From: an uncultured Pseudomonadota bacterium
GTDB lineage: Bacteria > Pseudomonadota > Alphaproteobacteria > UBA9219
Assembly (NCBI GenBank): GCA_903875345.1
Contig: CAIQVS010000210.1
Location: 11,861-75,860, forward strand
DNA length: 64,000 bases
Direction of reading: 5' to 3'
The translations under genes and the position numbers were made by a program. Below are positions 39,260 through 48,078 of the stretch, one piece after another; positions within the stretch are counted from its first letter, which is position 1; each line of letters begins with the position of its first letter. The notes below the pieces were generated by a model that was not told the origin of the DNA, did no database searches, and saw only the letters and a list, made by a program, of their open reading frames with translations.

Positions 39260-39661
39260 GTGGCCTTCTGGCTGATGAAATCCGAACCCGCCGTTTATCC
39301 TTGGTCTCAACTGGTCAAGGAAGGCCGCACCAGCTGGAACGGCGTGCGGAACTACCAAGCCAACAACAACATGAAGGCGATGAAGCTCGGCGACGAGGCG
39401 TTTTTCTATCACTCCAACGATGAGCGCGCGATTGTCGGCATCATGAAAATCGTCAAGCTATGGCATCCCGACCCCGACGATGAGACGGGGCGGTTCGGTA
39501 TGGTCGATGTCGCGCCCATTCGCGCCTTACCCCGCCCAATCACTTTGGCAGAAATCAAGCAGGAGCCGCAGCTGCGCGATATGGCGTTGCTACGCCAGAG
39601 CCGGTTGTCGGTTTCCGAGGTTGGGGCGGAGTGCTGGCAAATAATTCTGGAAACTTCTTAA
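39260..39661 (+). CDS. EVE (PUA-like) domain protein
   Basis: The sequence FWLMKSEP...W.GVRNYQANNNMKAMKLGDEAFFYHS matches the EVE/thymocyte nuclear protein 1-like pattern. The start is GTG 39260 or ATG 39275. Confidence 0.85.
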   Translation: MAFWLMKSEPAVYPWSQLVKEGRTSWNGVRNYQANNNMKAMKLGDEAFFYHSNDERAIVGIMKIVKLWHPDPDDETGRFGMVDVAPIRALPRPITLAEIKQEPQLRDMALLRQSRLSVSEVGAECWQIILETS

Positions 39662-40409
39662 TGAACCGTACCGTCAATCTATCTGCCATTTGCGACCAGC
39701 GCTCATCGTGATAAGCTTGCTGGTTAGCCAAAGCCAAAATACCGCGCACCGTACACGGATCAAGCGATTTGACTGCCAAGCGCTTAAGAACCAATGGCAA
39801 TTCCCCACTAGTAGCTTCGAAAAAACGTGGTTTTTTCCCTTCTCCTCTATCAACAATGACCAGACTTCTCCCGAAAGTATATCGCGCGACACGCTCTTGA
39901 GGGGGGGGTATCAAACGTTCTTTGGTTTGCAATAAACTTGCTGCAGGGTTTATATCTGTCACCTTCCTTCTTGCTGAAACGACCGCTTCGCGCACGCCCT
40001 GCGTTATCACAAGGACGCCCGGGCATTCCCTTAGATGGCAAAGACGACTCACTCTAAATTCCCGGGGCAAAGATATGCCCGTAAGAGTGGCGCCATGAAG
40101 ATTGACACCCTCAATGTCACGTACAGTCTTGATCCTGAGCGATCCGTATCGAGCAGTCTCCTTGGCGCACAACTTCATGGCCTTTCGTCCCGCTAACTGA
40201 GCATTTGTGGCTGCCAACGCCGCTAAATCCACACCGCTTAAATTGACAACTTGCCCCGGATTGCTATGGCGAAAATCGCGAAGAAACTCATTCCATTTAA
40301 CAATATCTCCAACAAACATCTCAGCGAGCCGGAATTTTTGTTCTGAAAGCCCGGAAAATGGATTACACGCATGTGATTCCGTGCCCGAGTACTCCATACC
40401 GTCAGACAT
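39555..40409 (-). CDS. ORFan with degenerate pentapeptide-repeat lead-in (284 aa)
   Basis: GGAGA SD lies 9 nt before ATG 40409. IVKWNEFLRDFRHSNPGQVVNLSGVDLAALAATNAQLAG and VNLHGATLTGISL are pentapeptide-like. The gene is AT-rich. Its last approximately 35 codons read antisense through the EVE gene. Confidence 0.45.
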   Translation of the reverse strand: MSDGMEYSGTESHACNPFSGLSEQKFRLAEMFVGDIVKWNEFLRDFRHSNPGQVVNLSGVDLAALAATNAQLAGRKAMKLCAKETARYGSLRIKTVRDIEGVNLHGATLTGISLPREFRVSRLCHLRECPGVLVITQGVREAVVSARRKVTDINPAASLLQTKERLIPPPQERVARYTFGRSLVIVDRGEGKKPRFFEATSGELPLVLKRLAVKSLDPCTVRGILALANQQAYHDERWSQMADRLTVRFIKKFPELFASTPPQPRKPTTGSGVATPYRAAAAPA

Positions 40410-40549
40410 TTTTATGATTCTCCATATCATCTATCCAAACTACTTCCGCAGCATCTCATCATATTTTTTAGCAACTAAATACCAAAAAGTGCGATTCGCG
40501 AAACTTTCGACAAACTTTCAATATTAACCATAAACAAAATTATCACATA

Positions 40550-40580
40550 TGAAAAGAACGCGCAATCTTGTTGCGCGTTC
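40550..40580 (-). terminator. Intrinsic terminator downstream of the 79-aa ORF
   Basis: On the minus strand, GAACGCGCAA-CAAGA-TTGCGCGTTC (perfect 10-bp stem) is followed by TTTTC. Confidence 0.6.
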
Positions 40581-40629
40581 CTTGCCGTGTCACAATCGGC
40601 TACATAAAATATTGGGGACTCAATCGAAG

Positions 40630-40869
40630 CTATCCTGCCCGTTGGTGCGGAGGCAGGGTCATGCCGACTTCGTGGGCGGCGCGGAGGATGCGTTCGCCGA
40701 TGGAGCCGACGCGGGCTGCGGCTGCGGCATAGCTTGCCGGTGAGCGGCGGATCGCGGCCATCGTTTTATCGAGCGCCACCAGATTCGTCTGGTTGGTCAT
40801 CGCGACAAGACGCTCAAGCGTTTCGTCGGTGGATGTCGGGGCGTAACGCAGTTCCGAATTCTGTGACAT
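40630..40869 (-). CDS. Small hypothetical protein (79 aa)
   Basis: GAGGA lies about 9 nt upstream of ATG 40869. It is followed by a strong terminator hairpin. No family was recognised. Confidence 0.4.
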   Translation of the reverse strand: MSQNSELRYAPTSTDETLERLVAMTNQTNLVALDKTMAAIRRSPASYAAAAARVGSIGERILRAAHEVGMTLPPHQRAG

Positions 40870-41132
40870 GGTGGCGATCCTCGATCAGTAACTCTGTGTG
40901 ACTCGCTTGTGTTCGTCTGATGAACCCAAGATATAGGCGAATCTTGAATCCGAAGTTAATTGCAAGGGGTTTTTTCGATTATTTTGAAAAAATTTTCAGG
41001 CTCTAACCTTCAGATTCTGCTAGGGAATATTGAGAAACTATTAAGTCTTTCGTGGTACAAGGGAAGTGTCCGCCGCGCTCGCGCGTTTCTCCGGAGCGTG
41101 AAGAAACCCTGATGTGACTAGGAGATTTTGCA

Positions 41133-41381
41133 ATGTCCGATGCTCTGAGCTTGGCGGTTTCCGGCCTCAATAACGCGGCTTCGCAAATCGCTAACACCGC
41201 GTCAAGTATAGTTAAGGCATCGTCAACGCAAAACAATTCGACCTCGGCGAACTCCGATCTGGCTACCGACTTTGTGACTCTGAGCCTCGCAAAGACCGAT
41301 TACGGCGCCAGCGCCGCTATCGTCAAGGCGGTGCAGAAGGATAATCAGACGCTTGAACACGCGCTGGATATAACGGCGTAG
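41133..41381 (+). CDS. Small protein (82 aa) with flagellar axial-protein-like N- and C-terminal motifs
   Basis: AGGAGA SD lies 7 nt upstream. The N-terminus is LAVSGLNNAASQIANTASSI. The C-terminus is DLATDFVTLSLAKTDYGASAAIVKAVQKDNQTLEHALDI. The stop lies 10 nt before hprK. Confidence 0.5.
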   Translation: MSDALSLAVSGLNNAASQIANTASSIVKASSTQNNSTSANSDLATDFVTLSLAKTDYGASAAIVKAVQKDNQTLEHALDITA

Positions 41382-41391
41382 CGCTTTCCCG

Positions 41392-41832
41392 ATGAACCTC
41401 CACGCATCCTCCGTCGCGCTCGAAGGGCAAGCCGTGCTGTTGGCCGGAGCGTCAGGCGCGGGGAAATCCGATGTTGCTTTGCGCCTGATCGACAGCGGCG
41501 CGACGCTGATTTCCGACGATCAAACCGAACTTGCGGTAAAAGATGGCGTCCTTGTCGCTTCCTCGCCGGAAACGCTGGCGGGGCTGATCGAAGTCCGGCA
41601 TGTCGGCTTGCTGCGCATGGAACGCGCCGTCTTTGTTCCGGTTTCGCTTTATGTTGAACTCACTCCGCATGAGCAGATGCTGGAACGCTTGCCGATGCTG
41701 GAGACAATTGATCTTCTCGGCCATTCAGTTCGGCGGCTGTGGCTGCCGGGTTTCGCCGCCTCGACGCCCGCCAAAATCCGCGCCGCTCTGAAATACCCGC
41801 AGGCTGACGAACCGCTTTTTAAGCCGGATTGA
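41392..41832 (+). CDS. hprK: HPr kinase/phosphorylase, short alphaproteobacterial form (C-terminal domain only)
   Basis: It has the Walker A motif GASGAGKSD and an IEVRHVGLL signature. The 146-aa length is typical of alphaproteobacterial HprK. Confidence 0.85.
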   Translation: MNLHASSVALEGQAVLLAGASGAGKSDVALRLIDSGATLISDDQTELAVKDGVLVASSPETLAGLIEVRHVGLLRMERAVFVPVSLYVELTPHEQMLERLPMLETIDLLGHSVRRLWLPGFAASTPAKIRAALKYPQADEPLFKPD

Positions 41833-41895
41833 CAATAACGCCGCCTTGCAAGCACATTAGCCCTCACAATCTTTCGAACGCTAAAGGCAGGGCAC

Positions 41896-43350
41896 ATGGC
41901 ATACGTTCAAGGCGCGACCGGCGAATGGGAAATGGTGATCGGGCTTGAGGTTCATGCTCAGATCACGTCGAACGCCAAATTGTTTTCGGGCGCGTCCACC
42001 ACATTCGGCGCTGCGCCGAACGCGCAGGTAAGTCTCGTCGATGCCGCGTTTCCGGGCATGTTACCGGTCATCAACGGAATTTGTGTGGAACAAGCCGTGC
42101 GCACCGGCTTAGGGCTGAAGGCCGAGATCAACCTGATTTCGGTTTTTGACCGCAAGAATTATTTCTACGCCGACCTGCCGTCGGGTTATCAGATCAGCCA
42201 GTACAAGCAGCCGATTGTCGGTAAGGGCGAGATTTTGCTCGACCTGCCGGACGGTTCCAGTCGGGCGGTCGGCATCACGCGCCTGCATCTGGAGCAGGAC
42301 GCGGGCAAGAGCATGCACGACCAGAGCCCGAACGAGACCTTCGTCGATCTGAACCGCGCCGGTGTCGCGTTGATGGAAATCGTCTCCGAACCCGATCTGC
42401 GCTCGCCGGAGGAAGCCGCCGCGTATCTGAAAAAACTCCGCGCGATCATGCGCTATCTCGGCAGCTGCGACGGCAACATGGACGAAGGCTCGATGCGCTG
42501 CGACGTCAATCTGTCGATGCGGCGCAAGGGCGACACGACGCTCGGCACGCGCTGCGAGATCAAGAATGTGAACTCGATCCGTTTCGTGCAGCAGGCGATC
42601 GAATACGAAGCACAGCGTCAGGTCGAGATTCTGGAACAAGGCGGGACAATTCATCAGGAAACGCGCCTGTTCGATAACGGCAAGGGCATCACGCGATCCA
42701 TGCGGTCGAAAGAAGACGCGCACGATTACCGCTATTTCCCCGATCCCGATTTGCTGCCGCTGAAACTCGATGCCGCATGGGTTGATAATATCAAGCAGCA
42801 TCTGCCGGAATTGCCCGACGACAAGCGGGCGCGGTTCATCGGCGAATACGGGCTGAAACCTTACGATGCCTCGGTGCTGGTTGCCGAACGTGCCAGCGCG
42901 GATTTTTTTGAAAGGGTGGCAAAGGGTCGTGACGGCAAGCTTGCCGCCAATTGGGTGACAAGCGAGTTGTTTGGTGCGCTGAACAAGTCCGGCAAGGGCA
43001 TCGAAGAAAGTCCGATAACCGCCGATGCGCTCGGCGGTCTGATCGACCTCATCAGCGACCAGACCATCTCAGGCCGTATCGCCAAGGATGTGTTCGAGGC
43101 GATGCTGGAAACCGGAAAATCCGCCGCCACGATTGTCGAGGAACGTGGCCTGAAACAGGTCACCGACACGGGCGCGATCGAACAAGCCATCGACGCGATC
43201 CTCGCCGCCAACGCCGACAAGGTCGCGGAATACAAATCCGGCAAGGACAAGCTGTTCGGATTCTTCATCGGGCAGGTGATGAAAGCCACCGGCGGCAAGG
43301 TCAATCCGGCGATGCTTAACGACCTGCTGAAGAAGAAGCTGAACGGATAA
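41896..43350 (+). CDS. gatB: Asp-tRNA(Asn)/Glu-tRNA(Gln) amidotransferase subunit B
   Basis: 484 aa with [22 protein letters not shown] and a C-terminal YqeY-like domain. Confidence 0.97.
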   Translation: MAYVQGATGEWEMVIGLEVHAQITSNAKLFSGASTTFGAAPNAQVSLVDAAFPGMLPVINGICVEQAVRTGLGLKAEINLISVFDRKNYFYADLPSGYQISQYKQPIVGKGEILLDLPDGSSRAVGITRLHLEQDAGKSMHDQSPNETFVDLNRAGVALMEIVSEPDLRSPEEAAAYLKKLRAIMRYLGSCDGNMDEGSMRCDVNLSMRRKGDTTLGTRCEIKNVNSIRFVQQAIEYEAQRQVEILEQGGTIHQETRLFDNGKGITRSMRSKEDAHDYRYFPDPDLLPLKLDAAWVDNIKQHLPELPDDKRARFIGEYGLKPYDASVLVAERASADFFERVAKGRDGKLAANWVTSELFGALNKSGKGIEESPITADALGGLIDLISDQTISGRIAKDVFEAMLETGKSAATIVEERGLKQVTDTGAIEQAIDAILAANADKVAEYKSGKDKLFGFFIGQVMKATGGKVNPAMLNDLLKKKLNG

Positions 43351-43392
43351 AATGGGGGCTATCGTTTCGCGGTTCAAAGATTTTTCTCCGCT

Positions 43393-44289
43393 ATGAAGCC
43401 GAGCCATATTGCGCTTATGGTTTTTCTGGCTGCGATCTGGGGCTTTAATTTTGTCCCGATCCGCATTGTGCTGGACCACCTTCCGCCCGTCAGCTTTACC
43501 GCGTTGCGGTTTCTTGTGACCGTTGTTCCTGCGATCTTTTTAGTCAAACGTCCCAATCTGCCCTTGTGGCATCTAATGGGTTATGGATGGCTGGCATTTG
43601 CTGGCCAGTTTCTGTTCATCTTCACGGCCATTCATCTGGGGTTGTCCGCTGGACTGGCCTCGCTTGTCATCCAGATACAGGTGTTTTTCACGATTGGATT
43701 CGCCGCGCTGTTTCTAAAGGAACGCCCCAAACTGTTCCAGATTCTCGGTGCTCTCGCTGCCCTTGGCGGGATTGCCGTCGTTGTGGGACATACGGACGGC
43801 TCGGCCAATCTTCTCGCCTTGGCGATTGCTATGCTTGCGGCGGCTTCATGGAGCGGCGGCAATATTGTTACCAAGAGTTTTGGCCGTGCGGATATGTTTG
43901 CGGTCGTTATCTGGGGAAACTTCTTCGCCTTGCTGCCGTTGGCCGTTTTGGCGATGCTTATCGATGGTCCCTCCACCTTCATCCACAGCGTGACACAAAT
44001 TAAGCCCATGACGGCTTTATCGCTGGCCTACATCGTTTATGCCAGCACTTTTGTTGGGTACACGCTCTGGAATAAGATGCTGGCATGTTATCCGGCGGCG
44101 ATGGTCGCGCCTTTTATCCTTTTGGTTCCCGCGTTCGGGATGTTGAGTTCTTCGCTGGTGCTGGGCGAGGCTTATCCGCTCTGGAAATTCTTTGCGACCC
44201 TGCTGATTATCGGCGGACTTGGCCTCAATCAGTTTGGCGGAAAGATATACGACTGGGCGAAGCTCAAGCTCTCCAGCCCCCACGCCTAA
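43393..44289 (+). CDS. EamA/DMT-family transporter
   Basis: 10 TM segments arranged as two EamA repeats. Confidence 0.88.
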   Translation: MKPSHIALMVFLAAIWGFNFVPIRIVLDHLPPVSFTALRFLVTVVPAIFLVKRPNLPLWHLMGYGWLAFAGQFLFIFTAIHLGLSAGLASLVIQIQVFFTIGFAALFLKERPKLFQILGALAALGGIAVVVGHTDGSANLLALAIAMLAAASWSGGNIVTKSFGRADMFAVVIWGNFFALLPLAVLAMLIDGPSTFIHSVTQIKPMTALSLAYIVYASTFVGYTLWNKMLACYPAAMVAPFILLVPAFGMLSSSLVLGEAYPLWKFFATLLIIGGLGLNQFGGKIYDWAKLKLSSPHA

Positions 44290-44315
44290 TATCCGCGCAA
44301 TCTTTAAGACAAAAA

Positions 44316-44543
44316 TTACTCACCCACCATACCCGCGATTTTGCGGCGGCGGCCACGGCGGGGAATTTCGGTGAACTCCTGCAACACGCCGATGGACGCG
44401 TCATCGTCTTTGCGCAATTCGTTCAGCGCGCGTTGAAGAATCATACGGTCACGAAGATCGTCCTGATCACTGACGGTCATCATCGCCAAGCGGTTTTCGA
44501 TCAGGTCGCTTATGGCTTCGATGGAGTGTTTTGAAAGCATCAT
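44316..44543 (-). CDS. Small hypothetical protein (75 aa)
   Basis: ATG 44543/44540 (MMLSKHSIEAISDLIENRL...). Helical, with a basic C-terminus RRGRRRK. No family was recognised. Confidence 0.45.
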   Translation of the reverse strand: MMLSKHSIEAISDLIENRLAMMTVSDQDDLRDRMILQRALNELRKDDDASIGVLQEFTEIPRRGRRRKIAGMVGE

Positions 44544-44669
44544 GTGCTTTTCCCTCCGGCTGCAAGCAGCCTTTAAAAAATGATTTAACTCGAATATGGC
44601 CATTATTTATCTAAAAAGTTAACTTTCGGTGAAATAAAGGAAAAACAATAGGTTATGGGCTTGATGACT

Positions 44670-47600
44670 CTAACTTCCAGCCTCTTTCTTATGATGGTCC
44701 TCCGCCAAAATCATATAAACCGCCGGAACGACAAACAGCGTGAACAACGTGCCGATGGCGAGGCCGGTCGCGATGACGAGCCCCATATTAAAGCGCGACA
44801 ATGCGCCCGCGCCTGTCGCGGTAATGAGCGGCGCGACACCAAGCACCATCGCCGCCGTTGTCATCAGGATCGGACGTAAGCGAATGGCGGCGGCTTCAAC
44901 AATGGCATCGATCTTGGTGTGGCCTTTCTTCTGCAGATTGTTGGCGAATTCGACGATCAGAATCCCGTGCTTGCTAATCAGTCCCATCAAGGTCACGAGC
45001 CCGACCTGCGTATAGATATTGATGCTGGCCTTGCCGATGCCGCCGAGACCGATGAAGCTCAGAACATGCCCCAGCCCCGCGCCGACGGTTGCGCCAAACG
45101 AACCGGCAATCATTTCGCCGATCTTCGGCAGCGCCATAATGAAATGCGGGTCGGTGCTGTCGAGCGCGATAAAGAACAACGCGCCCGCAATCGACATCGG
45201 TACCGAAATCAGAATGATGAGCGGATCGCGGAAACTTTCGAACTGCGCCGCAAGCGTCAGGAAAATGATGATGAGGGCGAACGCGAAGGTCGAGACGAAG
45301 CCGCCGGATTCCTGAACGAATTGCCGCGACAGTCCGCCGTAATCGATGCTGTAGCCTTGGGGCAAGCCCTTGGCCAATTCCTGCAATCCGGCCAAGGCGT
45401 CGCCCAACGACACGCCCGGAAACATCACGCCGTTAATCGTCGCCGCATTCAACTGTTGGAAATGATTGAGCGCTTCGGGAACCGTCGTCGTCTTGATATG
45501 GGCAAGCGTTGACAACGCGACGGGTGTGCCGTCGCCGGTATGCACATAATAATTATTCAATTGATCGGTGTTCAAACGCGAAACTTGATCGACTTGCGGA
45601 ATAACCTTGTAGGAACGGCCGCTTAGCATGAAGTAATTGACGTAGCCGCCGCCCAGCATATCGGAAAGCGCCGTGCCGACATCGTTCATGGTCAGGCCAA
45701 GTTCGGACGCTTTGTCGCGGTCGATCTCGACGGTCGCCTGCGGCTGGTCAATCTTCAGGTCGGTGTCGACGAAAATGAACAAGCCGGATTTCTGCGCGTC
45801 TTGCAGAAATTTCTGCGCAACCTCGTTCAAGCGTTCGAACGACTGCGTCGTCGTTAACACGAACTGCACCGGAAAGCCGCGACTGCCGGGTAGGGGCGGC
45901 GGCTGAAAGACAGCGGCCTTAAGCGCCGAGATTGTACTGAGGTCTTGTTGCAGCAAAGGCTGAATGTCGTTGGTGGTGCGTGTCCGCTCGTTCCAAGGCT
46001 TCAAGCGCATGCCGCCGATGTAACGTCCGGCGGAATCGATCTGGAACACATGTCCGGCTTCGGGATAGCCGGAGATCGTGTCGTAGACTTTCTGGTTTGA
46101 CATCTGCCGTTGCTGCAAGGTCGAATCCGGCGCGCCGGTCAGAAAGGCGAAAATCACGCCCTGATCTTCCTGCGGCGCTAGCTCGGTCTTGGCGCTGCCG
46201 TAGAGGAAATAAATGCTGGCGAGGATCATCGCCGCGAACACGACGGTAACGGGAATCGTGCGCAGGCTGCCGCGCAAGCGTCGTTCATACCCGGCGCGAA
46301 TGCGCTCGAAAATCGCGTCGATGCGGTGCTCAAGCCACTTGCCGTCGCCTTCCGTCACGGCAACGTGCGGCTTGAAAAAGCGCGAACACATCATCGGCGA
46401 CAGCGTCAACGCGATGATCGCCGAGATGACGACGGCGCCGACCAGCGTGAAGGCGAATTCGGTGAACAAGGCGCCGGTCAGGCCGGATTGAAAGCCGATT
46501 GGCACATAAACCGCGATCAGCACGATCGTCATGGCAACGATGGGGCCGCCCAGCTCACGTGCCGCCTGCATCGCGGCATCGACCGGCTTCAGTCCTTCTT
46601 CAATGTGGCGGTTGACGTTTTCGACGACGATGATCGCGTCATCGACCACGAGGCCGATAGCCAGAACCAAGGCCAGCAGGGTCAGAAGATTAATCGAGAA
46701 ATGCAGCGCGATCATAAAAATGAACGCGCCGATCAAAGACAAAGGAATGGCGATAACCGGAATGATGACGGCGCGCGCCGAACCGAGGAACAAAAAGACG
46801 ACAGCGGCGACGATCAGTCCGGCTTCGAATAACGTATTTTTGACCTCGTCAATGGCGCTGCGGACGAAGTCGGTCGAGTCGTAAATAACCTGCCCTTCAA
46901 GCCCTTGCGGCAACTGCGCCTGAATATCCGGCAGGATCTGTGAAATCCTTTTGGTGACATCGAGCAAATTGGCGGCAGGGGCGACCTGAATGCCGATATA
47001 GACCGCTTGCTTGCCGTCAAAGGCGACATGCGATTCATAATCTTCGGAGCCGAGCGTAACATTCGCCACGTCTTTCAGCCGCACAATCGAACCATTCTTC
47101 TGCTTGACGATCAGATTCCGGAATTGGTCGAGCGTGTGCAAATCAGTCGAGGCGTTAAGGTTGATTTGCACCATCTGGCCTTTGGTGTTGCCAAGCCCGG
47201 AAATGAAATTGTTGCTGGCGAGGGCATTATGAATATCGTCCGCCGTCAGCCCATAGGCTGCCAACCGTTGCGGATCGAGCCATGCGCGCAAGGCAAAGTT
47301 CTGGCTGCCGATAATCTCGGCGGTTTGTACGCCTTCGACCGCCTGCAGCTTCGGTTGAACGACGCGCAACAGGTAATCGGTGATGTAATTCTGCGCCAGC
47401 ACGTCGCTCTTGAAGCCGATATACATAGCGTCCACGGTCTGCCCGATCTGGATGCTGAGAACGGGTTGTTGCGCCTGCGGCGGAAGCTGGTTGATCACCG
47501 AAGAAATCTTGGTGCTGATTTCGGTCAAGGCTTTGTCGGAATCGTAATTGAGCCGCAGGTTGACGCTGATCGTGCTTTGCCCGTTCTGGCTGGTTGAGGT

Positions 47601-47840
47601 CATGTCATCGATGCCATTGGCCTGAGCGATCGCGTTCTCAAGCGGCGTGGTGATGAATCCGGCCACGGTCTCGGCGTCCGCTCCGTAATAGGTCGTCGCC
47701 ACCGTCACCACGGCATTTTCGGTGCGCGGAAATTGCAGGATCGGCAAGGTCATGAAGGCGCGCAAGCCGATGACAAGGATCATCAGGCTAACGACGGTTG
47801 CCAGAACCGGACGGCGGATAAAGATGTCGGTGAAGGTCAT
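44670..47840 (-). CDS. RND efflux transporter permease (AcrB/HAE1-like)
   Basis: 1056 aa starting MTFTDIFIRRPVLATV, with a 12-TM plus two large periplasmic loop pattern. The upstream ORF extension is a translated REP element. Confidence 0.95.
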   Translation of the reverse strand: MTFTDIFIRRPVLATVVSLMILVIGLRAFMTLPILQFPRTENAVVTVATTYYGADAETVAGFITTPLENAIAQANGIDDMTSTSQNGQSTISVNLRLNYDSDKALTEISTKISSVINQLPPQAQQPVLSIQIGQTVDAMYIGFKSDVLAQNYITDYLLRVVQPKLQAVEGVQTAEIIGSQNFALRAWLDPQRLAAYGLTADDIHNALASNNFISGLGNTKGQMVQINLNASTDLHTLDQFRNLIVKQKNGSIVRLKDVANVTLGSEDYESHVAFDGKQAVYIGIQVAPAANLLDVTKRISQILPDIQAQLPQGLEGQVIYDSTDFVRSAIDEVKNTLFEAGLIVAAVVFLFLGSARAVIIPVIAIPLSLIGAFIFMIALHFSINLLTLLALVLAIGLVVDDAIIVVENVNRHIEEGLKPVDAAMQAARELGGPIVAMTIVLIAVYVPIGFQSGLTGALFTEFAFTLVGAVVISAIIALTLSPMMCSRFFKPHVAVTEGDGKWLEHRIDAIFERIRAGYERRLRGSLRTIPVTVVFAAMILASIYFLYGSAKTELAPQEDQGVIFAFLTGAPDSTLQQRQMSNQKVYDTISGYPEAGHVFQIDSAGRYIGGMRLKPWNERTRTTNDIQPLLQQDLSTISALKAAVFQPPPLPGSRGFPVQFVLTTTQSFERLNEVAQKFLQDAQKSGLFIFVDTDLKIDQPQATVEIDRDKASELGLTMNDVGTALSDMLGGGYVNYFMLSGRSYKVIPQVDQVSRLNTDQLNNYYVHTGDGTPVALSTLAHIKTTTVPEALNHFQQLNAATINGVMFPGVSLGDALAGLQELAKGLPQGYSIDYGGLSRQFVQESGGFVSTFAFALIIIFLTLAAQFESFRDPLIILISVPMSIAGALFFIALDSTDPHFIMALPKIGEMIAGSFGATVGAGLGHVLSFIGLGGIGKASINIYTQVGLVTLMGLISKHGILIVEFANNLQKKGHTKIDAIVEAAAIRLRPILMTTAAMVLGVAPLITATGAGALSRFNMGLVIATGLAIGTLFTLFVVPAVYMILAEDHHKKEAGS

Positions 47841-47848
47841 CAGGGGAC

Positions 47849-48078
47849 GGGGGTTAGGGGTTGGAGAATTTGCATCGGTGAAAGCACGGGAAACAAAAGT
47901 GAAGCACAAGCCGTGGAGTTCCTCTCCCGTTTACGGGAGAAGTTAGGTGAGGGCTGGTCAATTTCAGGTGCATGCCTCGACATTTTTTTCCCGCCCCTAG
48001 CCCCTCCTGTAAACGGGAGGGGGACGCTACCGCCCTTTCCTCATCTCTTAATCTCTATTCTTTGCCCCCTAATCCCTA
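47849..48078. repeat. Nested REP/BIME-like element between the MFP and RND genes
   Basis: The outer arms are GGGGGTTAGGGGTTGGAG (47849-47866) and CCCCCTAATCCCTA (48065-48078). The inner arms, 47919-47954 and 47991-48024, are imperfect reverse complements, each with its own hairpin. Confidence 0.6.
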
